DNA of 64,000 nucleotides. It comes from Rhizobiaceae bacterium (GTDB lineage Bacteria; Pseudomonadota; Alphaproteobacteria; Rhizobiales; Rhizobiaceae). Location: the NCBI GenBank assembly GCA_019635795.1, contig JAHBYV010000012.1, forward strand, positions 52,858 through 116,857. The letters are read 5' to 3'. A program made the position numbers and the translations under genes. This document shows, in pieces, positions 1 to 9,363 of this stretch (positions are counted from its first letter, which is position 1; each line of letters starts with the position of its first letter). Under the pieces are notes generated by a model that worked only from the letters and a program-made list of their open reading frames with translations, made no database searches and was not told where the DNA came from.

Positions 1-237
1 GAAAAACTTGAGCTTCAGCAGCCTTTCGTCGGCGACGCCTATATGGCGTCAAAGCTGCCGGAGATACCGAAAACGCTGCGCGAGGCTACCGAGACAATGG
101 CGAATTCAACAATGCTGAAAGCCGCTTTTGGAGAAGATGTAGTCGAGCATTATGTCCATACTGCACGCTGGGAGCAGTTGGAATATGACCGCCGCATAAC
201 GGATTGGGAATTGCATCGCGGTTTCGAACGTTACTGA
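1..237 (+). CDS. Glutamine synthetase-family (gamma-glutamyl-amine ligase-like) protein, 3' end only; runs off the left edge
   Basis: Frame open from base 1 (EKLELQQPFVGDAYM...). C-terminus IPKTLREA...FGEDVVEHY...EQLEYDRRITDWELHRGFERY is typical of GS-like proteins. Confidence 0.85.
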   Translation, partial: EKLELQQPFVGDAYMASKLPEIPKTLREATETMANSTMLKAAFGEDVVEHYVHTARWEQLEYDRRITDWELHRGFERY

Positions 238-273
238 TCTGCGGTCACAAACAGAAGAAAGTCGAGGAAGAAA

Positions 274-1662
274 TTGTCCGAAACGGTCAAGCTCATCACC
301 CCCATTGACGGCTCCGTCTATATTGAGCGCCCCGTCGCTACAGATGCCCAGTTAAACAAGGCAGTGGAGTCTGCCCGCGCCGCTCAGCCCGGGTGGGCAG
401 CGCTCTCGATTGCCGAGCGCTGTTCCTTCATTCTGAAAATGCTGGAGGCACTTGTCGCCATGAGCGAGGAGATCGTGCCAGAACTTGCGTGGCAGATGGG
501 CCGCCCGGTTCGCTATGGCGGCGAATTCGGCGGCGTGAAAGAACGCACTACCTATATGGTCGAGATCGCCGAGCAGGCTCTCAAGCCAGTGTTGGCCTCC
601 AACCCGAAAGACGGCTTTACGCGATATGTAAAAAGGGAGCCGCTAGGCGTCGTCATGGTCATTGCGCCATGGAATTACCCCTATCTGACGGCTGTGAACA
701 CCATCGTTCCCGCTCTTGTCGCCGGTTCTACCGTTATACTCAAACATGCCGCGCAGACCCTTCTTGTTGGAGAACGTTTTGCAAAGGCATTCGAGGCAGC
801 GGGCTTGCCCAAAGGCGTGTTCCAGAATGTCGTTATCAGCCATTCGCAAACCGAAAAGCTGCTTGGCTCCGGCAAGATCGATCACGTCAATTTCACCGGT
901 TCCGTCGGGGGCGGCCGCGCAATCGAGAAGGCTGCCGCTGGCACATTCATGACGCTCGGGCTCGAACTCGGCGGCAAGGACCCGGCCTACGTGCTGTCTG
1001 ACGCCAAGCTGGATCACGCCGTTGCCAACCTCGCTGAAGGTGCGTTCTTCAATTCAGGTCAATGCTGCTGCGGCATCGAACGGATCTACGTCCACGAGAA
1101 GATTTATGACGATTTCGTGGAAGGCTTCATTGCAGAAACCAAAGCCTATCAGCTTGGAAACCCGCTCGAAGCGGAAACGACAATGGGACCGATGGCCCAG
1201 GCTCGCTTTGCCGATTTTATTCGCGAACAGAAGGCAGAAGCGCTGCGCAAAGGCGCAACTGCACATATCAACGCAAGGGACGACCGTGACCGCGAGGGAT
1301 CGCCCTATCTGCCTGCCGAAGTGCTGACCAACGTGAATCACCAGATGAGCGTCATGCGCGAGGAAAGTTTCGGGCCGATCGTTGGCATTATGAAAGTGCG
1401 CAACGATGAGGAGGCAATCGCGCTGATGAACGACAGCCCGTATGGCCTCACCGCGTCGGTGTGGACTGCGGACATCGATCATGCCGTGAAAATCGGCGAT
1501 AAGGTCGAAACGGGAACGGTATTCATGAACCGCTGTGACTATCTGGACCCGGCACTTGTCTGGACCGGCGTCAAGGATACCGGCAAGGGCGCAGCGCTGT
1601 CAGCAATAGGCTACGACAACCTGACCCGACCCAAGAGCTACCACCTGAGAGAAAAAATCTGA
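274..1662 (+). CDS. NAD(P)-dependent aldehyde dehydrogenase
   Basis: PWNYP, FTGS, LELGGKDP, catalytic GQCCC and EESFGP motifs. Confidence 0.95.
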   Translation: MSETVKLITPIDGSVYIERPVATDAQLNKAVESARAAQPGWAALSIAERCSFILKMLEALVAMSEEIVPELAWQMGRPVRYGGEFGGVKERTTYMVEIAEQALKPVLASNPKDGFTRYVKREPLGVVMVIAPWNYPYLTAVNTIVPALVAGSTVILKHAAQTLLVGERFAKAFEAAGLPKGVFQNVVISHSQTEKLLGSGKIDHVNFTGSVGGGRAIEKAAAGTFMTLGLELGGKDPAYVLSDAKLDHAVANLAEGAFFNSGQCCCGIERIYVHEKIYDDFVEGFIAETKAYQLGNPLEAETTMGPMAQARFADFIREQKAEALRKGATAHINARDDRDREGSPYLPAEVLTNVNHQMSVMREESFGPIVGIMKVRNDEEAIALMNDSPYGLTASVWTADIDHAVKIGDKVETGTVFMNRCDYLDPALVWTGVKDTGKGAALSAIGYDNLTRPKSYHLREKI

Positions 1663-1664
1663 TC

Positions 1665-2834
1665 ATGAGCAAACTTGTTGCTAAATGGAATTATCCCACC
1701 ACCGTGCGTTTCGGTGCCGGGCGGATAGCGGAACTGCCTGAAACGCTTGAAGCGGCAGGCATCAGGAAGCCGCTTTTCGTAACCGATCCGGGGTTGGCGA
1801 AACTTCCCGTAGTGCCGAAAACCCTGAAGCTGCTGGATGATGCAAAAGTGCCCTACGGGGTATTTTCCGAGGTGCGTCCCAATCCGGTAGAATCCAACCT
1901 CGAGGCAGGTGTTGAGGTTTTCCGTAAGGGCAAACATGATGGCGTGATTGCCTTTGGCGGCGGATCGGCGCTCGACCTTGGCAAGTTGATCGCTTTCCAG
2001 GCGGGGCAGACACGCCCGGTTTGGGATTTCGAAGACATTGGCGACTGGTGGACGCGCGCGGATGCGGACAAGATCGCGCCCATTATTGCCGTGCCAACAA
2101 CTGCGGGCACGGGCTCCGAAGTGGGTCGCGCTGGCGTTTTGACGCATGAAAGCACACACACGAAAAAGGTAATCTTCCATCCCAAAATGATGCCTGCAAT
2201 CGTCATTGCGGACCCTGAGCTTTCGGTTGGTATGCCGCCTTTCATCACCGCCGGTACCGGTATGGACGCATTTGCCCACTGCCTCGAAGCCTATTGCGCG
2301 CCTGGCTATCACCCGATGGCAGATGGCGTAGCTGTTGAAGGCATCCGCCTTGTGTTCGAAAACCTTCCCAAGGCTTTTGCGAACGGCAAGGACATTACCG
2401 CGCGGGCAAACATGATGAGTGCCGCCGCAATGGGTGCGACTGCGTTCCAGAAAGGACTTGGCGCGATCCACTCCCTTTCACACCCTATCGGCGCGCTCTA
2501 TGACACACACCACGGAATGACGAATGCCGTGTTCATGCCATATGTGCTGGCCTTCAATCGCGACGCTATCGAAGAGCGCATTGTACGACTGGCCGCCTAT
2601 TGCGGCATCAAAGGCGGGTTCGACGGCTTCAACAAGGCTGTGCTGAAGCTGCGCAAGGAGCTGAAGGTTCCAAACACCCTGCCCGGCCTCATCAAGGACC
2701 TGCACATGGACAACAAACGCAAGGCCCTGATTGCCGACATGGCCGTTGTCGATCCAACCGCAGGTGGAAACCCTATCAAGCTGACGAAAAAGGGAGCTTT
2801 GTCGCTGCTGAACGCTGCGCTTGGCGAAACATAA
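1665..2834 (+). CDS. Iron-containing alcohol dehydrogenase
   Basis: GGGSALD, PTTAGTGSE, DAFAHCLE and HSLSH...HHG metal-ligand motifs. Confidence 0.95.
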   Translation: MSKLVAKWNYPTTVRFGAGRIAELPETLEAAGIRKPLFVTDPGLAKLPVVPKTLKLLDDAKVPYGVFSEVRPNPVESNLEAGVEVFRKGKHDGVIAFGGGSALDLGKLIAFQAGQTRPVWDFEDIGDWWTRADADKIAPIIAVPTTAGTGSEVGRAGVLTHESTHTKKVIFHPKMMPAIVIADPELSVGMPPFITAGTGMDAFAHCLEAYCAPGYHPMADGVAVEGIRLVFENLPKAFANGKDITARANMMSAAAMGATAFQKGLGAIHSLSHPIGALYDTHHGMTNAVFMPYVLAFNRDAIEERIVRLAAYCGIKGGFDGFNKAVLKLRKELKVPNTLPGLIKDLHMDNKRKALIADMAVVDPTAGGNPIKLTKKGALSLLNAALGET

Positions 2835-2837
2835 ATA

Positions 2838-2855
2838 GGGAGGCTTCAGCCTCCC
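2838..2855 (+). terminator. Intrinsic terminator-like hairpin after the ADH gene
   Basis: GGGAGGC-TTCA-GCCTCCC followed by TTAAAAGTCTTT, 3 nt after the stop. Confidence 0.7.
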
Positions 2856-3076
2856 TTAAAAGTCTTTATTGACTCGCCAATCAATAATACCAAAATGGCG
2901 CGAGCATATGGGGGAGTAGATTAGCCGAACAACAATCCAGACACATTGCAACCTCTGAGGAAAAGCGCTTCATTACAAACAATGCGGCGAGGCCCGGCGG
3001 TTCATCCAACTGTCACAAGACCAGCCTAACAACGATAACAGGCGTCCAGTGATGCCAAGTCCAACGGAGAACACTC

Positions 3077-4183
3077 ATGTTAAAGATTTCAGGGAGAATT
3101 CTTTCCCTTACTGCAGCAACGCTGCTGATCACGAGCTCGCTCGCCAATGCCCAATCCGCTGAACTGATTGAGGCCGCCAAGAAGGAAGGTAAGCTGAGCA
3201 CCATCGCCCTCCCGCATAGCTGGTGCGGCTATGGCGACGTGATCGGCGCGTTCAAGGCCAAATATCCGGAAATCACTGTAACCGAGCTCAATCCGGACGC
3301 GGGTTCCGCTGATGAGCTTGAAGCCATCCGGGCAAACAAGGACAACAAGGGCCCACAGGCTCCCGATGTGATCGACGTCGGCCTCTCTTTCGGCCCTCAG
3401 GCCATGAAGGAAGGCCTCGTGCAGCCGTATAAAGTTTCCACATGGGACTCGATACCGGAAGACGCGAAGGATCCTGATGGCAACTGGGTCGGTGATTATT
3501 ACGGCGTGATGGCGTTCTTCGTGAACACCGATATAGTCACCAACGTACCGAAGACCTTCGCTGATCTCCTGAAGCCTGAATATGCCGGACAGGTTGCACT
3601 GGCAGGCGACCCGCGCACTTCCAACCAGGCTATTCTGGGCGTGATGGCCGCTGGCATCTCGCGCGGCGCGGCACCTGGCGCAGATTCGGCCAAAGCCGGT
3701 CTTGAATTTTTCAAGGAGCTGAATGCTTCCGGCAATTTCGTTCCGGTCATCGGCAAGTCTGCCTCGTTGGCACAGGGCACCACACCAATCATCATCGCTT
3801 GGGACTATAACGGCCTTTCATGGCGCGACGGCCTTCAGGGCAATCCGGCCACCGAAGTCGTGGTCCCAACCGATGCGGCGTTGGCTGGCGTCTACGTTCA
3901 GGGCATCAGCGCGTATGCGCCAAACCCGAATGCTGCCAAGCTCTGGATGGAACACCTTTATTCGGACGAAGGGCAGATCGGCTGGCTCAAGGGCTATTGC
4001 CACCCAATCCGGTTCAACGACCTTGTGAAAAATGGCAAGGTTCCGCAGGACCTGCTCGACAAGCTGCCACCGGCAGAAAACTATGAGAAGGCAGTGTTCC
4101 CGACCGTTGAACAGGTCAATGCCAACAGCGAAGCCGTGAAGGCAAGCTGGGATTCCGTCGTCGGCGCAAACGTCGTAGAATAA
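3077..4183 (+). CDS. ABC transporter substrate-binding protein (PotD/AfuA-like family)
   Basis: Signal peptide, GGAG RBS, DVIDVG and NPNAAKLWMEHLYSDEGQ; followed by two permeases and an ATPase. Confidence 0.9.
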   Translation: MLKISGRILSLTAATLLITSSLANAQSAELIEAAKKEGKLSTIALPHSWCGYGDVIGAFKAKYPEITVTELNPDAGSADELEAIRANKDNKGPQAPDVIDVGLSFGPQAMKEGLVQPYKVSTWDSIPEDAKDPDGNWVGDYYGVMAFFVNTDIVTNVPKTFADLLKPEYAGQVALAGDPRTSNQAILGVMAAGISRGAAPGADSAKAGLEFFKELNASGNFVPVIGKSASLAQGTTPIIIAWDYNGLSWRDGLQGNPATEVVVPTDAALAGVYVQGISAYAPNPNAAKLWMEHLYSDEGQIGWLKGYCHPIRFNDLVKNGKVPQDLLDKLPPAENYEKAVFPTVEQVNANSEAVKASWDSVVGANVVE

Positions 4184-4201
4184 CAAATCGACGATATTGG
4201 A

Positions 4202-4234
4202 GTCGGGCCAGATGCAAACATGCACTGGCCCGGC
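4202..4234 (+). other. Intercistronic stem-loop after the SBP gene (probable mRNA-stabilising hairpin)
   Basis: GTCGGGCCAG-A-TGCA-AACA-TGCA-CTGGCCCGGC, 14 bp of pairing with no U-tract. Confidence 0.6.
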
Positions 4235-4291
4235 GAATCCAAGCCTAAAAAGGTCAGGGAACATGGGGATGTTTGAGAGGGGGGTGCGCAT

Positions 4292-5125
4292 ATGCGCTGG
4301 CTAGGTGTTGTTCCCTTCTTTTTGTTCGTTTCGCTATTCCTCCTGTTTCCAACGCTCTACATAGTTGTCGGTGCATTCCGCACGCCTGAAGGCTCGTTCA
4401 CGCTTGCGAACATTGCATCGTTGAATACACCCGGAATCATCAACGCCTATCTTCTTTCCATCCGTGTCAGTTTCTTTTCCGCCATTCTTGGCTGCCTCAT
4501 TGGCTTCGGCATGGCGGCGGCAATCACATTTGGTGGGCTTCCGCGAGTGCTGCGCACGCCGCTGATGACTTTTTCTGGTGTCGCATCGAATTTCGCAGGC
4601 GTCCCGCTGGCATTCGCCTTCATTGCAACACTTGGACCGGTGGGGTTGGTCACTGTCTGGTTGCGCACGGAGTTCGGCATCAATCTGCGCTCATGGGGCT
4701 TCAATCTGTTGAGCACCCAAGGTCTCATTGCAACTTATCTGTTCTTCCAGATTCCGCTGATGATCCTCATCATCACCCCCGCGCTGGAAGGGTTGAAGAG
4801 GGAGTGGAAAGAGGCAGCATCAATCCTTGGCGCGAATGCGTTCCAGTACTGGACAATGGTAGCGCTACCGATCCTGTTTCCCTCCTTGCTCGGCACGCTC
4901 GCGCTTCTCTTTGCCAATGCGTTCGGTGCAGTCGCAACAGCGATAGCGCTGACGGGTTCAACGCTCAATCTTGCACCGATCCTGCTGTTTGCGCAGATAC
5001 GCGGCGATGTACTCGGCAATCCGCATCTCGGCTATGCTCTCGCCTTCGGCATGATAGTCATCACTGGGATTGCAAACGCCATCTACATCATCCTCCGCAC
5101 GCGTTCCGAAAGGTGGATCAAATGA
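4292..5125 (+). CDS. ABC transporter permease
   Basis: Multiple TM segments; EAA loop WKEAASILGA. Confidence 0.9.
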   Translation: MRWLGVVPFFLFVSLFLLFPTLYIVVGAFRTPEGSFTLANIASLNTPGIINAYLLSIRVSFFSAILGCLIGFGMAAAITFGGLPRVLRTPLMTFSGVASNFAGVPLAFAFIATLGPVGLVTVWLRTEFGINLRSWGFNLLSTQGLIATYLFFQIPLMILIITPALEGLKREWKEAASILGANAFQYWTMVALPILFPSLLGTLALLFANAFGAVATAIALTGSTLNLAPILLFAQIRGDVLGNPHLGYALAFGMIVITGIANAIYIILRTRSERWIK

Positions 5126-5904
5126 CCAGATTCATCGCCTGGACCGTCTTTCTGTTTGGCTGTCTTTTCTTCGTACTACCACTGCTCGGCCTGACAGAAT
5201 TCTCTCTTTCGATGCGCCGCGAAGGCTACACGTTCGATGCCTATCGTGTCGTGCTGGCCGACCCGCAATTTCGGGCAACATTTCTCTATTCCGTCATGGC
5301 AGCGGTCATGACAATCATCATGGGCGTGCTGATCGTTGTGCCGACGGCCTATTGGGTTCGGCTCAAAATGCCGTGGCTGAGGCCGGTGGTCGAGTTCATC
5401 ACGCTGCTGCCGCTCGTTATTCCGGCAATCGTCATCGTATTCGGCTATATTCGCCTCTATAATACGTCCTCGGTTCTACCTTTGATGGGCTCCACAGCGG
5501 GAACGACGGTTCTACTGATTTGCGGTTTTACGGTGTTGGCACTGCCTTACATGTACCGCGCTGTCGATACAGGAATGCGGACCATAGACATTAAGACACT
5601 TACAGAGGCCGCCCAAAGTCTCGGCGCTGGATGGTTCACCATATTGTTTCGCATCATTTTGCCGAACGTACTTGTTGCGGTTCTGTCCGGCTCGTTCCTG
5701 ACGTTCGCCATCGTCATCGGTGAGTTTGTTTTCCCGGCGCTGCTGAACCTGCCTGCGTTCGGCCCCTACATGCAGATTGTGGGAGCAAACAAAGCCTATG
5801 AACCGATGGCGCTCGCCGTCATTGCATTCACAATCACATGGGCTTGCATGGGCTTGATCCAACTCGTCACCCGTTTCCAGAAACACACACAGGTAAAACG
5901 CTGA
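5122..5904 (+). CDS. ABC transporter permease (start at ATG 5122, ATGA overlap)
   Basis: TM segments; EAAQSLGA loop; translationally coupled to the upstream permease. Confidence 0.9.
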   Translation: MTRFIAWTVFLFGCLFFVLPLLGLTEFSLSMRREGYTFDAYRVVLADPQFRATFLYSVMAAVMTIIMGVLIVVPTAYWVRLKMPWLRPVVEFITLLPLVIPAIVIVFGYIRLYNTSSVLPLMGSTAGTTVLLICGFTVLALPYMYRAVDTGMRTIDIKTLTEAAQSLGAGWFTILFRIILPNVLVAVLSGSFLTFAIVIGEFVFPALLNLPAFGPYMQIVGANKAYEPMALAVIAFTITWACMGLIQLVTRFQKHTQVKR

Positions 5905-6962
5905 TGGCATTTCTTGAGCTTGCGGGGTTGAAGAAATCATTCGGCGATCTTCAGGTCGTCAACGATTTCAGTCTCAATGTCGATCAAGGCGAGTTCATCT
6001 CGTTCCTTGGACCATCTGGCTGCGGCAAGACGACAGTGCTGCGTATGGTGGCAGGATTTGAGGAGCCCTCAGCAGGCTCCATAAAGGTTGGCGGCACTGA
6101 AGTGACCGGCCTCAAGCCAAATGAACGTGACATGGGCATGGTCTTTCAGGCCTATGCACTGTTTCCAAACATGACGGTCGCGCAGAATATCGGGTTCGGT
6201 CTCAAGGTGCGCGGCACGCCCAAAGCTGACATCAAGCCGCGCGTCGTGGAAATGCTCAAGATCATCCAGCTCGAACAGCTTGGCGATCGCTACCCGTACC
6301 AGCTCTCCGGCGGTCAGCAGCAGCGTGTTGCACTTGCGCGGGCGCTGGCACCTTCTCCAAAATTGCTGCTGCTTGATGAACCGCTATCGGCGCTTGATGC
6401 AAAGGTACGCGTTTCGCTACGAGACGAAATCCGCTCCATTCAAAAGCGCCTCGGCATCACCACTATTTTTGTTACACACGATCAGGAAGAGGCCCTGTCA
6501 ATCTCCGACCGCATCGTGGTCATGCATGGTGGCGTTGCCCAACAGGTTGCTACACCGTTCGAAATCTATAACCGTCCATCGACAAAGTTCGTTGCCAATT
6601 TCGTCGGCACGCTGAATGTGCTGGAGGGGACAGTTGTCGATTCCGCACTGGGCAAAGTGCGCGTCAACAATGACGAAATCTCACTGAAACAATCGCTCAA
6701 TGGTGCGAAAAACGGCGACGCGGTTTCGCTTGCACTTCGACCTGAAGCCATGGCACTCGGAGATTATAAAGGGCATGACTCCGAACTTCACGGCAAGATC
6801 GCGGATGTCAGCTTTTTGGGATCAGTCATTCGGGTTCGCGTGAATCTTGGCAAGGAAACCATTGCGCTCGATACGTTCAACAATTCGCGCACACCGCCAC
6901 CCAATGTTGGCGATAACGCGAAAGTCACCTTCACTTCCAACGACCTTCTGGTTCTACAATAA
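5904..6962 (+). CDS. ABC transporter ATP-binding protein (PotA-like, TOBE C-terminus)
   Basis: GPSGCGKT, LSGGQQQR, LLLDEP and THDQEEA; TGATG overlap at 5902-5906. Confidence 0.95.
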   Translation: MAFLELAGLKKSFGDLQVVNDFSLNVDQGEFISFLGPSGCGKTTVLRMVAGFEEPSAGSIKVGGTEVTGLKPNERDMGMVFQAYALFPNMTVAQNIGFGLKVRGTPKADIKPRVVEMLKIIQLEQLGDRYPYQLSGGQQQRVALARALAPSPKLLLLDEPLSALDAKVRVSLRDEIRSIQKRLGITTIFVTHDQEEALSISDRIVVMHGGVAQQVATPFEIYNRPSTKFVANFVGTLNVLEGTVVDSALGKVRVNNDEISLKQSLNGAKNGDAVSLALRPEAMALGDYKGHDSELHGKIADVSFLGSVIRVRVNLGKETIALDTFNNSRTPPPNVGDNAKVTFTSNDLLVLQ

Positions 6963-7064
6963 TTAGCAAAAAGCGCTTCCACTCCAATAGCTTGTCCACA
7001 AAAGCGGAATCATTTTCTGATTTGATTGAATCAAAACGCGAAGGCGTTGAATCAGTTTCTCAAC

Positions 7065-7901
7065 TCACGCCAGCCAACGCTTCCGGCGCTTGTAGTGCTT
7101 CACATCGCGGAAGGATTTGCGGCCTTCCCCGCCTACCCCGAGATAGAACTCCTTCACGTCCTCATTGGTGCGCAAGGCTTCCGCTTCACCATCGAGAACA
7201 ACGCGCCCGGACTCAAGTATGTACCCATACTTTGCATACCTGAGCGCAACGTTCGTATTCTGCTCCGCCAGCAAGAATGAAACACCCTGTTCTTCGTTCA
7301 GCTTTTTGACGATCTCGAAAATCTCTTCGACAAGTTGCGGGGCGAGCCCCATGGATGGCTCGTCGAGCAGGATCATTTTTGGCCGAGACATGAGCGCACG
7401 ACCAATCGCGGTCATCTGCTGTTCACCACCTGATGTATATCCCGCCTGACTTGTTCGCCGCACCTTGAGCCGCGGAAAATACTCATAGACCATTTCGAGG
7501 TCACGGTTGATTTCCGCTTTTGTGTCGCGCCGTGTAAAAGCCCCGGTCATCAGGTTGTCTTCAATCGAAAGATGGCCGAAGCAATGCCTGCCCTCCATCA
7601 CCTGAATACAACCGCGACGCACAAGTTCGTTGGGAGAAAGCGACTGCACCTGCTCGCCGTCAAAAACGATAGTGCCCTTCGTGACCTCCCCGCGCTCGGC
7701 GTGCAGCAGGTTTGAGATTGCCTTTAGCGTCGTAGTCTTGCCCGCTCCGTTTGCACCCAGCAAAGCGGTGATGCCGCCCGTCGGGACCGACAGCGAAACG
7801 CCCTTCAGCACCAATATGACGTGATCATAAATGACCTCGATATTGTTGACCGAGAGGATTGGCTGTGCAGGGTCTGTCAGCTTTGCGGCTTCACTGATCA
7901 T
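7065..7901 (-). CDS. LivF-like ABC ATP-binding protein
   Basis: GANGAGKTT, SGGEQQM, LLDEPSMGLAP. Confidence 0.93.
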   Translation of the reverse strand: MISEAAKLTDPAQPILSVNNIEVIYDHVILVLKGVSLSVPTGGITALLGANGAGKTTTLKAISNLLHAERGEVTKGTIVFDGEQVQSLSPNELVRRGCIQVMEGRHCFGHLSIEDNLMTGAFTRRDTKAEINRDLEMVYEYFPRLKVRRTSQAGYTSGGEQQMTAIGRALMSRPKMILLDEPSMGLAPQLVEEIFEIVKKLNEEQGVSFLLAEQNTNVALRYAKYGYILESGRVVLDGEAEALRTNEDVKEFYLGVGGEGRKSFRDVKHYKRRKRWLA

Positions 7902-7926
7902 CGCTTCTTGCCTTGCCGAAAGGTTG

Positions 7927-7953
7927 CGGCGCTCCCACGTTCGGGGAGCGCCG
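7927..7953 (-). other. GC-rich hairpin after the SBP gene
   Basis: CGGCGCTCCC-ACGTTCG-GGGAGCGCCG, 10-bp perfect stem. Confidence 0.6.
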
Positions 7954-7961
7954 TTCGTTTA

Positions 7962-9281
7962 TCAGAGCTTGCACTCATCATTCATCGGCCAAGGCTGATT
8001 TGCGTCGGCATACTCTTTTGCCTTTTCAGCAACGAGAGCATCAATCTCGGCGCGGTCCGCCTGGAGCACATCAGACGCCTTTACAAATTTGGTGCCGTCC
8101 CATTCGAGCATCCAGGCGCCCGAATGGCCCGTGTGGTTACCGCATGTCGTTTTGAACGGCGGGATCATGCCATCCAGACCCAGCTCCTTGATCTTGGCTT
8201 CACTGAAATCGAGATTTTCAAGCCCCCAGCGAAGTTGCTCACGGTCCACGACCTTTGTGTTGAAGTGCTTCTGCGCCTCCTTCACACCTTCTGCCAGCAT
8301 GGCGGAAATCAGCACACCGCGCTGATAGAACACCCAGTCAAATTCGCCGGTGCTGGTATTGAGCATTGATTTGCCAGCATCCACGACGAGTTGCTTGATG
8401 TCCTTCATCACCTTCGATTCATTGTTCGGGTAGCTCCAGGAAAGCGTACGATAGCCCTTGCCCGCATCTCCGACCAACTTGAGGTCAGCATCAAGACCGG
8501 ACCACCAAATGCCCACGAACTGGTTCATCGGGTATTTGGTTTTGACGGCCTCGGTGATAGCGCCGGCGTTCATCGCGCCCCATCCCCACATCACCACGAA
8601 GTCAGGCCGTTCGCGGCGGATCTGAAGCCATTGGGCAGACTGGTTCTGCATTTCCTTCAGTCCGACCGGGATCGGCAACAATGTGAAGCCGTGCTTCTTT
8701 GCCAGCGTTTCAAGAAGCGGAATCGGCTCCTTGCCGAACGGGTGATCGAGGTGCAGCAACGCAATCTTCTTGCCCTTCAGATTGTCCAGATTTCCATCCG
8801 AAATATTCTGGAGGATCATGGACGCGCCGTCCCAATAGGAAGCTGGCGGATTGAATGCCCATTTGAAAACCTTGCCATCCTGCATGGCAGAGAACCCGTA
8901 GCCCGGCGCGAGAATAGGCATGGAGTCAACATTGGACTTCGGCAGCACCTGAAGCGTAATGCCTGTGGACCAAGGCTGGGTTACGATCGCGCCTTCAGCC
9001 TTGGTCTTTTCGTAGCACTCAACGCCCTTTTCTGTGTTATAGCCCGTCTCGCATTCCTGATAGTTCAGAATAACGCCGTTGGCCCCGCCGTCCCGCTCGT
9101 TCAACATTGTCATGTAGTCGCGCTGGCCGTTCATCAGCGGTGTACCGGTAGCAGCGAATGGACCCGTGCGGTAGGAAAGGTTTGGCAAGAGAACAGAGTC
9201 CTGCGCATAGGCTGCCCCTGCAAACGCCGCGCCGGCTGCGATGGTCGTCGCGAGTAATGCGGTCTTCATCAAGCGTTTCAT
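7962..9281 (-). CDS. LIV-type ABC substrate-binding protein
   Basis: Start MKRLMK at 9281 with GGAGGA RBS and signal peptide; YRTGPFA and QIRRERPDFVVMWGWG are typical of this PBP1 subfamily. Confidence 0.9.
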   Translation of the reverse strand: MKRLMKTALLATTIAAGAAFAGAAYAQDSVLLPNLSYRTGPFAATGTPLMNGQRDYMTMLNERDGGANGVILNYQECETGYNTEKGVECYEKTKAEGAIVTQPWSTGITLQVLPKSNVDSMPILAPGYGFSAMQDGKVFKWAFNPPASYWDGASMILQNISDGNLDNLKGKKIALLHLDHPFGKEPIPLLETLAKKHGFTLLPIPVGLKEMQNQSAQWLQIRRERPDFVVMWGWGAMNAGAITEAVKTKYPMNQFVGIWWSGLDADLKLVGDAGKGYRTLSWSYPNNESKVMKDIKQLVVDAGKSMLNTSTGEFDWVFYQRGVLISAMLAEGVKEAQKHFNTKVVDREQLRWGLENLDFSEAKIKELGLDGMIPPFKTTCGNHTGHSGAWMLEWDGTKFVKASDVLQADRAEIDALVAEKAKEYADANQPWPMNDECKL

Positions 9282-9363
9282 TTCATCTCCTCCAGCTTGT
9301 CCGTTTCTCCATGATGGATGGGGCGAACTGACCCCTTTCATTCGCGCCCGCCGCCGGGCGAAA

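Noticed and set aside
2961-6979. Identical AAAAGCGCTTC 11-mer at both ends of the ABC operon (2961 and 6969)
   Set aside because: Too short for element ends, with no integrase or composition shift; at most a LacI-like half operator or chance.
7012-7060. TTGATTGAATCAA palindrome and AACGC-GAAG-GCGTT hairpin as a mobile repeat
   Set aside because: It loosely resembles alphaproteobacterial intergenic palindromes, but it is a single degenerate copy between convergent genes; a terminator role is enough to explain it.
8391-9257. Long antisense ORFs (also 13260-14171, 20552-21460, 53209-54138, 46283-47161 and many shorter ones)
   Set aside because: They lie opposite well-supported genes and have no motifs or RBS; expected shadows of GC-rich codon bias.
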